Assembly: GCF_006345805.1 (NCBI RefSeq)
Contig: NC_043006.1
Span: 20,522,001-20,586,000 of the forward strand
From: Octopus sinensis
Lineage: Eukaryota
Direction of reading: 5' to 3'
Length of the DNA stretch: 64,000 nucleotides
Part shown: one piece after another, positions 51,902 to 63,794 of the stretch
Layout of the letters: every line of letters starts with the position of its first letter
How positions within the stretch are numbered: the stretch's first letter is position 1
Translations under genes and position numbers: made by a program
Notes under the pieces: generated by a model
What the model saw: only the letters and a program-made list of their open reading frames with translations
Databases searched by the model: none
Told to the model about the DNA's origin: nothing

Positions 51902-53758
51902 CATATATATATGTGTGTGTGTATATATATATATATACATATATATCTGTGTGTGTGTCATGTGAGTAATAAAAAATAGTTTCCCACTTACTTGTATTGT
52001 GTGGTCAGCCAGGTGTAGTAGAGATTAGTTGTATTCCGTAAAGGTAGCAAAACCGCCCAACAGTACCAGACATTGTCCACAGTAAACCCCCACCTGCTTG
52101 CTGTGTCTTAAAACTCACAGACCATTATTATTAGAACATAGCTCCGTTGACTGTTGTTGTTGTGATGGTGGTCGTCGTCGTTGTACACATCGTTGCTATC
52201 AGCTCCAAACAACAAACCGACCCAACTATACTGGTAAGAAAAACCCGAGCTGAACGGAGACCAGCAGATTTTCAATGGTCGTCATCATAGTGATTGCCAG
52301 TAGTAGTAGCAGCAGTGATAGTAGTAGTAATAGTTGTTGCCACCATCACCGTCGCTATCAGCTTCACCATCATCAACACAACAACCACTGTCGTCACCTC
52401 TGCTGTTAATAAGTACTATTACTATCTTTACTACTATCAATAATAATAATAATAATAATAATATAATTACTACTGCTGCTGTTGCTACTACTAATAATGA
52501 TAATATGATTATTAGTGTTGTTACTGCTAGTACTAATAATTTAATTACCACCGCTACTGCAACTATTATCACGGTTACCGCGGTAAAGATGAGTTGGTAG
52601 ATGACTTGTTGGTCGGTTTATGGTGGTAGTGGTGGGGTTACCAGCAAAGTTAGAGGTGGGGGGAGAAGGCAGTGTACTAACAAAGTGAGAGTGGGGGGTA
52701 GAGGTAAAAAGGAGGGAAAAAAAACCCAGTGACTTTATTTTTGCGGGTTCGTTCGTTTCTCATTCATTCATTCATTCATGCAGACAGTCAGACTGATAGA
52801 AAGTCAAGCCTGACAAGTATCGGAACTTTGCATTATGGGATTTATCAAGAACAGCTTCCGTTCATTGGATACCTGCCTCGGTAACTTCCGCCCACCACCA
52901 CTGCCTCATTAACACTACCTCTTTATTCCCCTCTCTCTCTCTCTCTCTCTCTATCTATTTATTTCTCTGTCACTCTCTTTTGCCCTATCTCGCGCTTTCT
53001 ATCTCTCTTTTTTCTCGCTTTTTATCCCTCTGCCTGTCTTTCTCTTTCTCTCACTATATACATACATACACACACACACACACATATATATATCACTCTT
53101 AATCTCTTTCTCTCTTTATTCTTTCTCTTTATTTCTGTCTTCCGCTTTCTCTTTATCCTCACTGCGTGTGGTTAATTTCTTTCTTTCTTTCTTTTTTCAT
53201 TCCTTCTTTCTTTGTTATGCAACGCAGCTTAATGAACACTTAATTGATTTACAAATACATTTCGAGTACGTGTATATAATTTTTTTTCCTATAATTCTCT
53301 CCCTCCCTCCCTCCCTCCCTCCCTCTCTCTCTCTTTCTCTTTCTCTCTCTCCCTATTTTTAAATGAATTAATTACAAGGGTTAGTTAGGTCAGTACTATT
53401 GACCTTTATAAGTCGTACATAAATATTCGGTAGGTATGTGACTGACTGGTGACTAGATATGGTTGATGTTTAAGGTTGGTGACGAAGGTCAATGATAAAG
53501 TTGATACAGCTACTGTTCCGTTGTAGTCTGTACTTTACAAGACCCGTGACTGAGCTGCAGAATTTTTTTTTTTTTTGTTTTAATTCCCATGTTTTGGCCA
53601 GAAGAAAAATTTCAGTACACCTGACTCGTTACAGGGTTAGGGAGAGAGAAAGGTAGTATCCTTAAGGTGGAAATCTGGTCTGAATGCTTGCAAGAGAACG
53701 ATCAGCCGCTTTACCAGGTGGTTGTGTTTAACGGGGCGACGAGTTTATCTCTATTTTT

Positions 53759-54199
53759 GGATCTTTTCGGTTTGAACGGCAGTTTTTGACATAATTTCTA
53801 GGTAACTAAACACTTTTAAACTTCGTATACTGATAGAATGTGTTTATAAAACATCTTTTTCTCTTGGTTTTATTGAGAAAATTCTATTCTTTGTAAGATA
53901 TTTGTTGTTCTTTTTCTACAATTTCTGCAATTTCAACCAATCACTGATATCTATTGAGGTAAAAAAAAACATTCTTTGCCGTATGAATATGTCCCTCGTT
54001 TAAGAAATAGATTGGGTTTATTTACATTTGTGAAGAAAAAAAAAAGATACCCTTTCCCCCACCCCTAACCCTAACTCTAACCCTAACCTTAACCCTAAAA
54101 CAGATTGAAATGCAATAGATCGATACTAGGGTCATAATTATGGGTGACAATTTCAGATGACACCGCTAGAAAAAACTGCCGTTCAAACCGAAAAGATCC
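53759..54199 (+). mobile_element. Full-length 8-bp-TSD MITE (Merlin-like)
   Basis: 29-bp TIRs beginning GG. TSD ctattttt at 53751-53758 and 54200-54207. Internal (CCCTAA)n. Confidence 0.9.
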
Positions 54200-54795
54200 C
54201 TATTTTTTTCCTTCTCGTAAATGAAGAGAAGACTGGCATGCTGATAGAATCGTTCCGCCGAGGTCGACTTTGCCTTTCATCCTTTTGGAGTCGATAAATT
54301 AAGTACCAGTTACGCAATGGGGTCGATGTGATCGACTTAATCCCTTTGTCTGTCCTTGTTTAGCCCCTTGTGGGCAATAAAGAAATGAGAATCGTTAGAG
54401 TATCGGGACAATATGGTTTGTAGCATTGGTTCTGACTCTTTACATATTGAGTTCAAATCAATCCCTTTGAAGTCAAGTTTGCATTTCAAACTTCCGGTAT
54501 CGATAAAATTATTTCTGCTACGGACACTGCGCCTGAAACTTTGTGGGTGTTAGGGAAGGCTAGTCGGTTACTGGCACTTATTTCACCGATCCTGCCAGCT
54601 CGACACCTTTCCGAGATCGCTAAAATCAAGTCACATTAAAGTAGGCCATGGCGGGATTTGAACTCAAAACACAAAGAAACGGAACAACTTTTGCAAGACA
54701 TCTGCTCTGAGTTCTTACAGCTTCGCCAATCCACTGTCTTGGTTTGGTACCTTTTTATCGATTCTTAAAATAAAGAAAGGCTAAGTTGACCTCTC

Positions 54796-55212
54796 GGATC
54801 TTTTCGGTTTTTTCGGCAGTTTTTTCTAGCGGTGTCATATGAAATTGTCACCCATAATTATGACCCTAGTATCGATCTATTGCATTTCAATCTATTTTAG
54901 GGTTAGGGTTAGCGGTGGTGGGAAGGGTATCTTTTTTTCTTCACAAATGTAAATAAATCCAATCTGTTTCTTAAACGAGGGACATATTCATACGGCACAG
55001 AATGTTTTTCACCTCAATAGACGTCACTGATTGGTTGAAATTGCAGAAATTGAAAACAAAAACCAACAAATATCTTACAATCCATAGAATTTTCTCAATA
55101 AAGCCAAGAGAAAAAGATGTTTTATAAACACATTCTACCGGTATACGAAGTTTAACATTTTTTAGTTACCTTGAAATTATGTCAAAAACTGCCGTTCAAA
55201 CCGAAAAGATCC
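54796..55212 (-). mobile_element. Full-length 8-bp-TSD MITE (Merlin-like), opposite orientation
   Basis: TSD gacctctc at 54788-54795 and 55213-55220. Confidence 0.9.
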
Positions 55213-55377
55213 GACCTCTCTGTGTTTTGAATTTAGTGTACAGATAGTTGGAAAAATTACCGCGAAGCATTCTGTCAGATGTGTTAACGACTTTGCCAAC
55301 TCGTTGCCGGGTGAGGTGGTTGAAAATTTCAACAAGATACAAGTTTGCTGAGGTCATAGTCAAGGGGTGAGATATAT

Positions 55378-55429
<52 letters not shown>

Positions 55430-55627
55430 ATCGGCTGAAAGGAAAGACATGGAAGTCGCAGAGGTAAGGGAGAGGGTGTCGTACAGTCATAAAGGGATAG
55501 GAAATTGAGTCTACAGGTGGTTAGGACTGTTTTCCTGTTTAGGTGTAGCTCACCTCTAAAGAGCATGCCGCGAGGAATAAAAAGAACCCACAAATTCTGC
55601 CTTTCATCCTTTCAGAGTCGATAAAAT

Positions 55628-55993
55628 AATCCCTTTGAAGTCAAGTTTGCATTTCAAACTTCCGGTATCGATAAAATTATTTCTGCTACGGACACTGCGC
55701 CTGAAACTTTGTGGGTGTTAGGGAAGGCTAGTCGGTTACTGGCACTTATTTCACCGATCCTGCCAGCTCGACACCTTTCCGAGATCGCTAAAATCAAGTC
55801 ACATTAAAGTAGGCCATGGCGGGATTTGAACTCAAAACACAAAGAAACGGAACAATTTTTGCAAGACATCTGCTCTGAGTTCTTACAGCTTCGCCAATCC
55901 ACTGTCTTGGTTTGGTACCTTTTTATCGATTCTTAAAATAAAGAAAGGCTCTCTCGGATCTTTTCGGTTTTTTTCGGCAGTTTTTTCTAGCGG
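55628..55993 (+). repeat. Local duplicate of 54460-54833
   Basis: About 365 bp near-identical, including the first ~38 bp of the 54796 MITE but lacking aagttgac. Confidence 0.9.
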
Positions 55994-57717
55994 CATTGTG
56001 CCAAAGCTTGATTCTAATATTTATTAATCCATTTAGAATTCTTAAGATTTATCATGTTTATAGTATGACTAGCGGATCTTTGTGGTTTTTGTCACTGTTT
56101 ACAATTATCTTCAAAAAAATTTTTCTAATGTATCATATAGATGTAATCTTTTGATGCTGTATCCGAATTTATTATGTGTTTATTCCAGAAAAATTTTGCA
56201 AAAATGTTACAGGTGTTCAAAAAGTTCGATAATTTTCAGAATTTTCCGCCAATCAGAAAACAGAACGTTCGCTGCCTCTTCCATCATCAGTGTTGAGGGG
56301 CATCGGCATGTCAAAACATTAAACTAGTTACAGTAAACAGTGAAAATATGAAAGCATTGGCCAGCAAATTAAATATCTAAAAGCTACGAACAAACCAACA
56401 GGAGTTGCTAGAAAAACAGTCAAAGCATTAAAATATACACGAGCAAAGTTAACATTAAAGAATTCGTGAGAAAATTAAATACTTAAAAGCTACGTGCGGA
56501 CTGAAGACAGCAATAATAATAAAGCATTTATTGGTACCCTCTTCCAGTATGGTATTACCCTACCAATATGGTATTGCATGAAATTCAGTTTAGATGAAGA
56601 ACTTGTAAGTTCACAAATTTTTGGAGTTCCTTTAAAATTTGAATTTTCAACTGTTAGCATATAACAAATCCTCACCCAGACTTGATCCCAATGCTGGATA
56701 TTTAAGAACCAAATGAAGGGCAGATTTTCAATCCCGGGATCATCCTGATTCCAAAAAGGTATAATATGTCTATGTAGAGCAAATGCAGACGAGATACAGG
56801 GGTCTCAGACGGACGGACAGAATTTCGCGTCTTTTTTTTTTATATAACAGATGTTAATAGGATGAAAAACGAAAAAAGTCAAGAACATGATTTTATTTAA
56901 CTGATACAGGTACAAATCAATAGACTTCTAAAGCAGAGTATGTTTAATCTTTATCAATCCATTTTATAAAAAAATGTAAAGAACAAATCTATTTTAACAC
57001 ACTGTATTAAGCAATTTCAAAAACAGGGTCCGTTTACTCAATACATATTTCTTTATTGCCCACAAGGGGCTAAACACAGAGGGGACAAACAAGGACAGAC
57101 ATAGGTATTAAGTCGATAACATCGACCCCAGTGCGAAACTGGTACTTTATTTATCGACCCCGAAAGGATGAAAGGCAAAGTCGACCTCGGCGGAATTTGA
57201 ACTCACAACGTAACGGCAGACGAAATACGGCTATGCATTTCGCCCGGCGCGCTAACGTGTCTGCCAGGCTACATTACAGTATGATACTGTGAAGTATTTC
57301 CGGATTTCTAGAAATTCCGGACTTATGAAAGCCGGATAAGTGGTCTGGTACTGTATAAATATTTTCTTCTTGTCACATCCATTGAAATGCTAAGTCACAT
57401 TCCAGGTGGAGAGCCCTAAATGGAATGTACCTTTTTTTGTACACTGTAACTGGTGTCTCTGTTGGCGATATGTAGTACCTATTTAAGGCGGTGAGTTAGC
57501 AGAATTGTCAGCACACCGGATGATATGCTTAGCAGCATTTCGTTCGTCTTTAACGTTCTAAGCTGAAATTTTGACGAGGTCGACTTTGCCATTCATCCTT
57601 TCGGGGTCGATTAAATAAGTACCAGTTACGCACTGGGGTCGATGTAATCGACAATCCCCCTCCTCCAAATTTCAGGTCTTGTGCCTATAGTAGAAAAGTT
57701 TATTATTATCATCATCG

Positions 57718-57751
<34 letters not shown>

Positions 57752-58077
57752 TATTGTTGTTGTTGCTGTTGTTAAGGCGGCGAGCTGGCAGAGTCGTTAG
57801 CATGTCGGGTAAAAAGCTCAGCGGCATTTCGTCCGTCTTCACGTTCTGAGTTCAAATTCCGCCGAAGTCGACTTTGCCTTTCAATCATTTCGGAGTCGAT
57901 AAAATAAATGCCAGTTGAACATTGGGGTTAATGTAATCGATTTACTCCCCTCCCCCTCACCCCGAAATTGCTGGCCTTGTGCCAAAATTTGAAACCCATG
58001 TGTGGTACCTATGTATGCTGTAAGTATGCTTGTGCATTTTCTATCCCGCCTGAGAAAGTTTTGGAGTTATTGTATAT

Positions 58078-58240
58078 AGGCGCAGGTGTGGCTGTGTGGT
58101 AAGTAGCTTGTTTACCAACCACATGGTTCCGGGTTCAGTCCCACTGCGTGGCACCTTGGGCAAGTGTCTTCTACTATAGCCTCGGGCCGACCAAAGCCTT
58201 GTGAGTGGATTTGGTAGACGGAAACTGAAAGAAGCCCGTC

Positions 58241-58279
<39 letters not shown>

Positions 58280-58495
58280 TGTGTGTGTTTGTGTGTCTGT
58301 GTTTGTTCCCCTAGCATTGCTTGACAACCGATGCTGGTGTGTTTATGTCCCTGTTACTTAGCGGTTCGGCAAAAGAGACCGATAGAATAAGTACTGGGCT
58401 TACAAAAGAATAAGTCCCGGGGTCGAGTTGCTCGATTAAAGGCGGTGTTCCAGCATGGCCGCAGTCAGACGACTGAAACAAGTAAAAGAGTAAAG
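58078..58495 (+). mobile_element. SINE family A, full length
   Basis: Canonical head, body and tail. Confidence 0.9.
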
Positions 58496-58739
58496 GAGCG
58501 AGAGAGCTACTAGTATTTTTGTTTCCTGTGTGTGTTTGTTGTTAAAAGGGATGGTAGATATATTTGAAGTTCTCTGCTGTCGCTGCTGAGAACCAAGACA
58601 GTCAGTTTGGTAGACGTTACTTTGCGTTTTGTTTTGTTGCCAAATTTCAAGATGATTAAAGCTGGGTTCGAATAATTTGTGCGGCAGAAGGTCTGAAGCA
58701 TAGAAGAAGGATGTGAATGTGATGATATCAGTATCGGAC

Positions 58740-58819
58740 GTTTACCTATGTTTTGTGATGACGTCAGGGTATGATGCAGTATATTTTGAGGTATAATGGC
58801 GGCGTAAGATCGTGTAAGT
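58740..58819 (+). promoter_or_regulatory. Candidate 5' exon end of a plus-strand gene (CRE, YY1-like motif, splice donor)
   Basis: TGACGTCA at 58759-58766, AATGGCGGC at 58795-58803 and GTAAGT at 58814-58819. Confidence 0.3.
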
Positions 58820-59073
58820 ATAAACTGAAAACGCTGCGAGAATAGAGCTCTGCGGAAATAATTTCGGATAAATTATAGATTATAGAAATGTTTTTTTTTT
58901 ATATCTCTCTTCCTACACTTCATCGGATTGGGCACACGGTAGGTAGTTCATTAGCCAGCGTTCAGTGTTGCTTCTCAGGAAGTGTTGAATACTTTATGAA
59001 TGACGCGTAAAGGAATCGAGAGCTTTGCTGATGTCAATAACAGTTGTAACGGTCCGCGCGAGAACTTTCTTCT

Positions 59074-59507
59074 TTTGGCAATCTTTCGTCTCTAGTAGAC
59101 CTTTCCGTCGATTTCCGTAAAAATTTTTTTTTTTTTACATATGGGCTTGCGGGAACTTTTGAAGTAATGAGAGCGAAAGAGACTAAGAGAAAGCGATTGT
59201 ATGACGAGGGAAGTTCTTTTGAAGTTACCGTGCATGGGAAGCATTGATGTACATGTGTGTGTGTGTGCGTGTGTGTTTGATGGGGTGTGGGAGACAGACA
59301 GTATGTTGTGTAAGTGAAGTGCTTCTGTTAGTGTGTGTGAAGAGACAGAGTAATGTGTGAAAGAAAGAGATAACTGAAATTTTTTACTCGGTGTATGTGT
59401 ATATGTATGTATATTACTTCAAAAGTTCCCGCAAGCCCATATGTAAAAAAAAAAAAATTTTTACGGAAATCGACGGAAAGGTCTACTAGAGACGAAAGAT
59501 CGCCAAA
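59074..59507. mobile_element. MITE with near-perfect TIRs of about 115 bp
   Basis: tttggcaatctttcgtctctagtagacctttccgtcgatttccgtaaaaa...gaagtaat is mirrored at 59413-59507. No TSD was resolved. Confidence 0.85.
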
Positions 59508-59553
59508 TTATGCTTCTGGACTCCTCTCGGGAATGGAGTGGGAGTATTTTCCC

Positions 59554-60425
59554 GGATCTTTTCGGTGTGAACGGCAGTTTTTTTCTAGCGGTGTCATATG
59601 AAATTGTCGCCCATAATTATGACCCTAGTATCGATCTATTGCATTTCAATCTGTTTTAGGGTTATGGGTGGAGGGAAGGGTATCTTTTTTTCTTCAGAAA
59701 TGTAAATAAACCCAATCTGTTTCTTGGATCTTTTCGGTTTGAACGGCAGTTTTTAACATAATTTCTAGGTAACTAAATACTTTTAAACTTCGTATACTGG
59801 TAGAATGTGTTTATAAAACATCTTTTTCTCTTGGCTTTATTGAGAAAATTCTATAGTTTGTAAGATATTTGTTGTTCTTTTTCTGCAATTTCTGCAATTT
59901 CAATCAATCAAATACGTCTATTGAGGTAAAAAAAAAAAAAACATTCTGTGCCGTATGAATATGTCTCTCGTTTAAGAAACAGGATCTTTTCGGTTTGACC
60001 GGCAGTTTTTTCTAGCGGTGTCATATGAAATTGTCACCCATAATTATGACCCTAGTATCGATCTATTGCATTTCAATCTGTTATAGGGTTAGGGTTAGAG
60101 TTAGGGTTAGTTAGGGTTAGGGTTATGGGTGGGGGGAAGGGTATCTTTTTTTCTTCAGAAATGTAAATAAACCCAATCTTTCTTAAACGAGGGACATATT
60201 CATACAGCACAGAATGTTTTCACCTCAATAGACCCCATTGATTGGTTGAAATTGCAGAAATTGAAGAAAAAAAACCCCCAAATATCTTACAAACTATAGA
60301 ATTTTCTCAATAAAGCAAAGAGAAAAAGATGTTTTATAAACACATTCTACCAGTATACGAAGTTTAAAAGTGTTTAGTTAAGTGGAAATTATTTTAAAAA
60401 ACTGCCGGTCAAACCGAAAAGATCC
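59554..60425. mobile_element. Rearranged cluster of the 8-bp-TSD MITE: half (59554-59725), inverted complementary half (59726-59981), full copy (59982-60425)
   Basis: Three GGATCTTTTCGG starts. The junctions are preceded by TGTTTCTT and its reverse complement AAGAAACA. Confidence 0.9.
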
Positions 60426-60496
60426 CGAAATATATATACTTTGTGCTTCTTGTTCCTATTTTCTCTGTGTGGTTCAGATGAGCGATTTTTAGAAAC

Positions 60497-60571
60497 ATGG
60501 CCGACGCGGTCGTCTGGTTGCCAATCATTTCGAATATGCTATTTATGCTTCTTCTCGTGACACTTTGTGAG
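60497..60571 (+). CDS. Candidate first coding exon, signal-peptide-like MADAVVWLPIISNMLFMLLLVTLCE
   Basis: Pyrimidine-rich acceptor ending ttcag at 60477, Kozak aaacATGG and a hydrophobic 25-aa stretch. The donor GAG|GTGTGA is weak. No homology recognised. Confidence 0.3.
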
Positions 60572-60579
60572 GTGTGACC

Positions 60580-61207
60580 GCTGTTGTTATTATCAATGTC
60601 GTTGTTACTACTGTTGCTGTTGTTGTTATTGTTGTTATTGCTGCTGCCGTCGTTGTTGTTGTTAGTGGTATTGGTGGTGGTATGGTCGTCGTCGTTATCG
60701 TTGCTTTTGTTGTCGTTCTTACTGCTGCTATTGTTGTTGTTGTCGATGATGATGATGTTTTTGTTGCTGCTGTTGTTACTGTTGCAGCTGTTGTTGTTCT
60801 TGTTCTTGTTGCTCTTGTGATTGGTGATGTTACTGCTGATGATGATGATAATGACGATGATTATGATAATGATGAGGATGATGACGACGACGACGACTAC
60901 GATGATAACCATATCCGTGCTTTATGCAAGATAAAAGCAGTTTACCGTTTTTCTCGCCACCACCACCACCACCACCACCACCGCCACCGCCACCACTACC
61001 ATCATCATTGAATCCTGATTTTATATCTTTTGCTGATCTCCGTTAGGTCGATGTAAAACCCCGCCTTTTCTTTGTGAGTTGTATTTCGTCCTTTGATATT
61101 GACCTCAATGTATTGGGCCCAAGGTGCCAATAAATAAATGAATAAATCATCATCATCATCATCATCATTATCCTAAACCACCACCACCACCACCACTATC
61201 ATCATCG

Positions 61208-61249
<42 letters not shown>

Positions 61250-61297
61250 GCATCATCATCATCATCATCATTACTATTATTATTATTATTATTATTG

Positions 61298-61346
<49 letters not shown>

Positions 61347-61366
61347 CATCATTATTATTATTAATA

Positions 61367-61417
<51 letters not shown>

Positions 61418-61497
61418 CATCATCATCATCATCATCATTATTATTATCATTATCATTATTATCATCATCATCATTACTATTATTATTATTATTATTA

Positions 61498-61534
<37 letters not shown>

Positions 61535-61817
61535 CATCATCATCATCATCATCATTATTATTATTATTATTATTATTATTGAGTGAGAGAGCAGTGCATG
61601 CCATCAAAGTGACACTGGGGCAAAATATACGAAGCCCAGCATACCCATCATGACTACCCGTCTGATAAGGGTACACCAGGCACATGCATCACAACCATAT
61701 GTGCGCGACATGGTGATCTCATTTATTATTATTATTATTATCATTATTATTATCATTATCATTATTATTATTATCCTCAACATCATTATTATTATTATTA
61801 TCATCATCATCATCATT

Positions 61818-61850
<33 letters not shown>

Positions 61851-61910
61851 GTTGTTGTTGTTGTTGTTGTTATTACTACAGCTGCTGCTGCTGCTGTAGT
61901 TGCTGTTATC
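60580..61910. repeat. Compound trinucleotide microsatellites (GTT, GAT, CAC, ATT) with a 140-bp retroelement tail at 61581-61720
   Basis: Direct inspection. The 140-bp block is flanked by (ATT)n on both sides. Confidence 0.85.
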
Positions 61911-62920
61911 AATTCTTTTTGTCTGTTTACTTGATGCGCTGTTATTCTGAATCGTTGCTCGATGCTGTATTTACTTCTGTTGTGTGTGGTTTGGGATTAT
62001 CTTGCTTAAAGTCGTTCCCGCTTTTATAAGGTTCGCAATTTCTGATGCGTAATTGCAGATGCATTACTCCAAGCCTGCATGTTGCATGTAAGCAGACATA
62101 CAAACGCGCGTATAAACACACAGATGATGTATAAGAGTACGAGTGTGTATATGTGTGTGTAGGTATGTGCGTAAAACTTGTAATCGACCGTGCGAAGCGA
62201 AGGTGATGAAAATGACCACTTAGTACATCACACGGTCGATACAGTAAATATGAAAAGAATAAATGCGTATAAGTGCCAGAAGGAAAAGAGAGACACAACC
62301 GGATATAATGTTTAAGAGAAGAATTTATGGATAGGTTGACAATTATATCTGTGGTGCATCATGTATACATAATGATAGGCAGGCCATCATGAGAACAAAG
62401 TGTGTGTGTGTGTGCATAGGCATGGATGTATGCATGTGCGTTAAGTTCAGAGCATTGAAAGGGTCTATAATATGACGTTAGAAGAATGTTCAGACACAAG
62501 GATGATAAATACCAGTTCGTAGTCAATGTACACGACAGCTGAAATGCTGTATCAAGAAGGTGTGGCTGTAATGCAGAGCCGGTTCAGGTACATGTCGTGC
62601 AAGAAGTGGCAACGATGCTACTGCCGGTCACTTGTCACAGGAGTTCTCGCTGGTTGTATTTGCTGTTAACCATGGTGAAGTAATTCACAAATAGCGTTGT
62701 GTTGGAATCTGAGCGAATGTTGCTGGTTGCTGTGTACGTAGATTGATGATGTTGATGTTAGGACGAATGCTGGCGACAGAGATAGAGGTCGCTGAATGCT
62801 GCTGGACGAAGTTGATGAGTCTCCATGTGTCTGCTGTTGTGTCGTCGTTGGAACTGGCTGAGTCCTGTGTGGTCAATGGCTAGACCTTAAAAGATCTGGA
62901 ACCGAAAGACCTCGACTCGA

Positions 62921-63430
62921 TGAGTCACTGAAGTTTTATAGGGAACAGTTGGCTCACCTGAGTTTAGAAGAGACTGTCTCCCGTGACCTTATTTGAAGGC
63001 TGAGATTTGTTGGATTGCATATTGGCGCGCAATAGAGCAAGAGACAAGCTGCGCCAATACCAACCAATCAGAGTTGTGGACACAACAATGGTCCAAAAGG
63101 GCGGTGGAAGGCTAGCTGTTATCTACTACGTCCGTATTTATGTATATATTACAGAGAGAGCGAGAGAGAGAGAGAGGAATTTCCCTCAAACGTATGCTAC
63201 AAACTGCTGTCCGACACCCAACTCCAGCGATATTTAATGTATACTATTAAATGCAAAAGATGTAATGAAGATTACATAGATCAAACAAAACTCACCCTTA
63301 GAAATAGACTAACTATTAAAAGACAACAAATACAAGACCCCAGTACTAGAGAGAGCTCATTAAGCGGACATATAGACATGTGATAAAAAAAAAATTTTAA
63401 CTTCGTCACGTGATCATCCTCGGCCAATCA
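62921..63430 (-). promoter_or_regulatory. Candidate TATA/CCAAT promoter cluster
   Basis: Minus-strand TATAAAA at 62934-62940, CCAAT/ATTGG at 63021, 63054, 63064 and 63424, GGGCGG at 63099, TGAGTCA at 62921, GGAATTTCCC at 63176 and GTCACGTGAT at about 63405. Confidence 0.45.
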
Positions 63431-63794
63431 AAACGTAGCCAAAAAACAGATGCTAATTTGAGGCATGTTCTTTCTTTAAACACAGACAATTTTTGAATTC
63501 CAGTCAGAAGCAAGGTAGTTGCAGCACAGCTCCACGCGTTTCTCTCTCAACTTATGATAATCAGAGAAATCTGTAAAATCGGTTCTCATTAAAAAAAATT
63601 TTTTAAATTTAAACGAACCCCAGTACATTTTCAACTTCTTTTTTTATATATATTTCTACCCGTGTGGAATAAAATAACCTTGTTGTTGTTTACACCCCAC
63701 CACACATGAATACATACATACATACATATATACATACATACATACATACATACATACATACATACATACATACATACATACATACATACATACA

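Noticed and set aside
55441-55460. Partial resemblance to miR-71 (gaaagacatgg)
   Set aside because: The match is short, the first base differs, and there is no precursor hairpin.
60085-60125. True telomere or chromosome fusion site
   Set aside because: A short TTAGGG block that is an internal part of the MITE.
60409-61934. Poly-N, poly-I, poly-V and poly-D ORFs
   Set aside because: Compound trinucleotide microsatellites.
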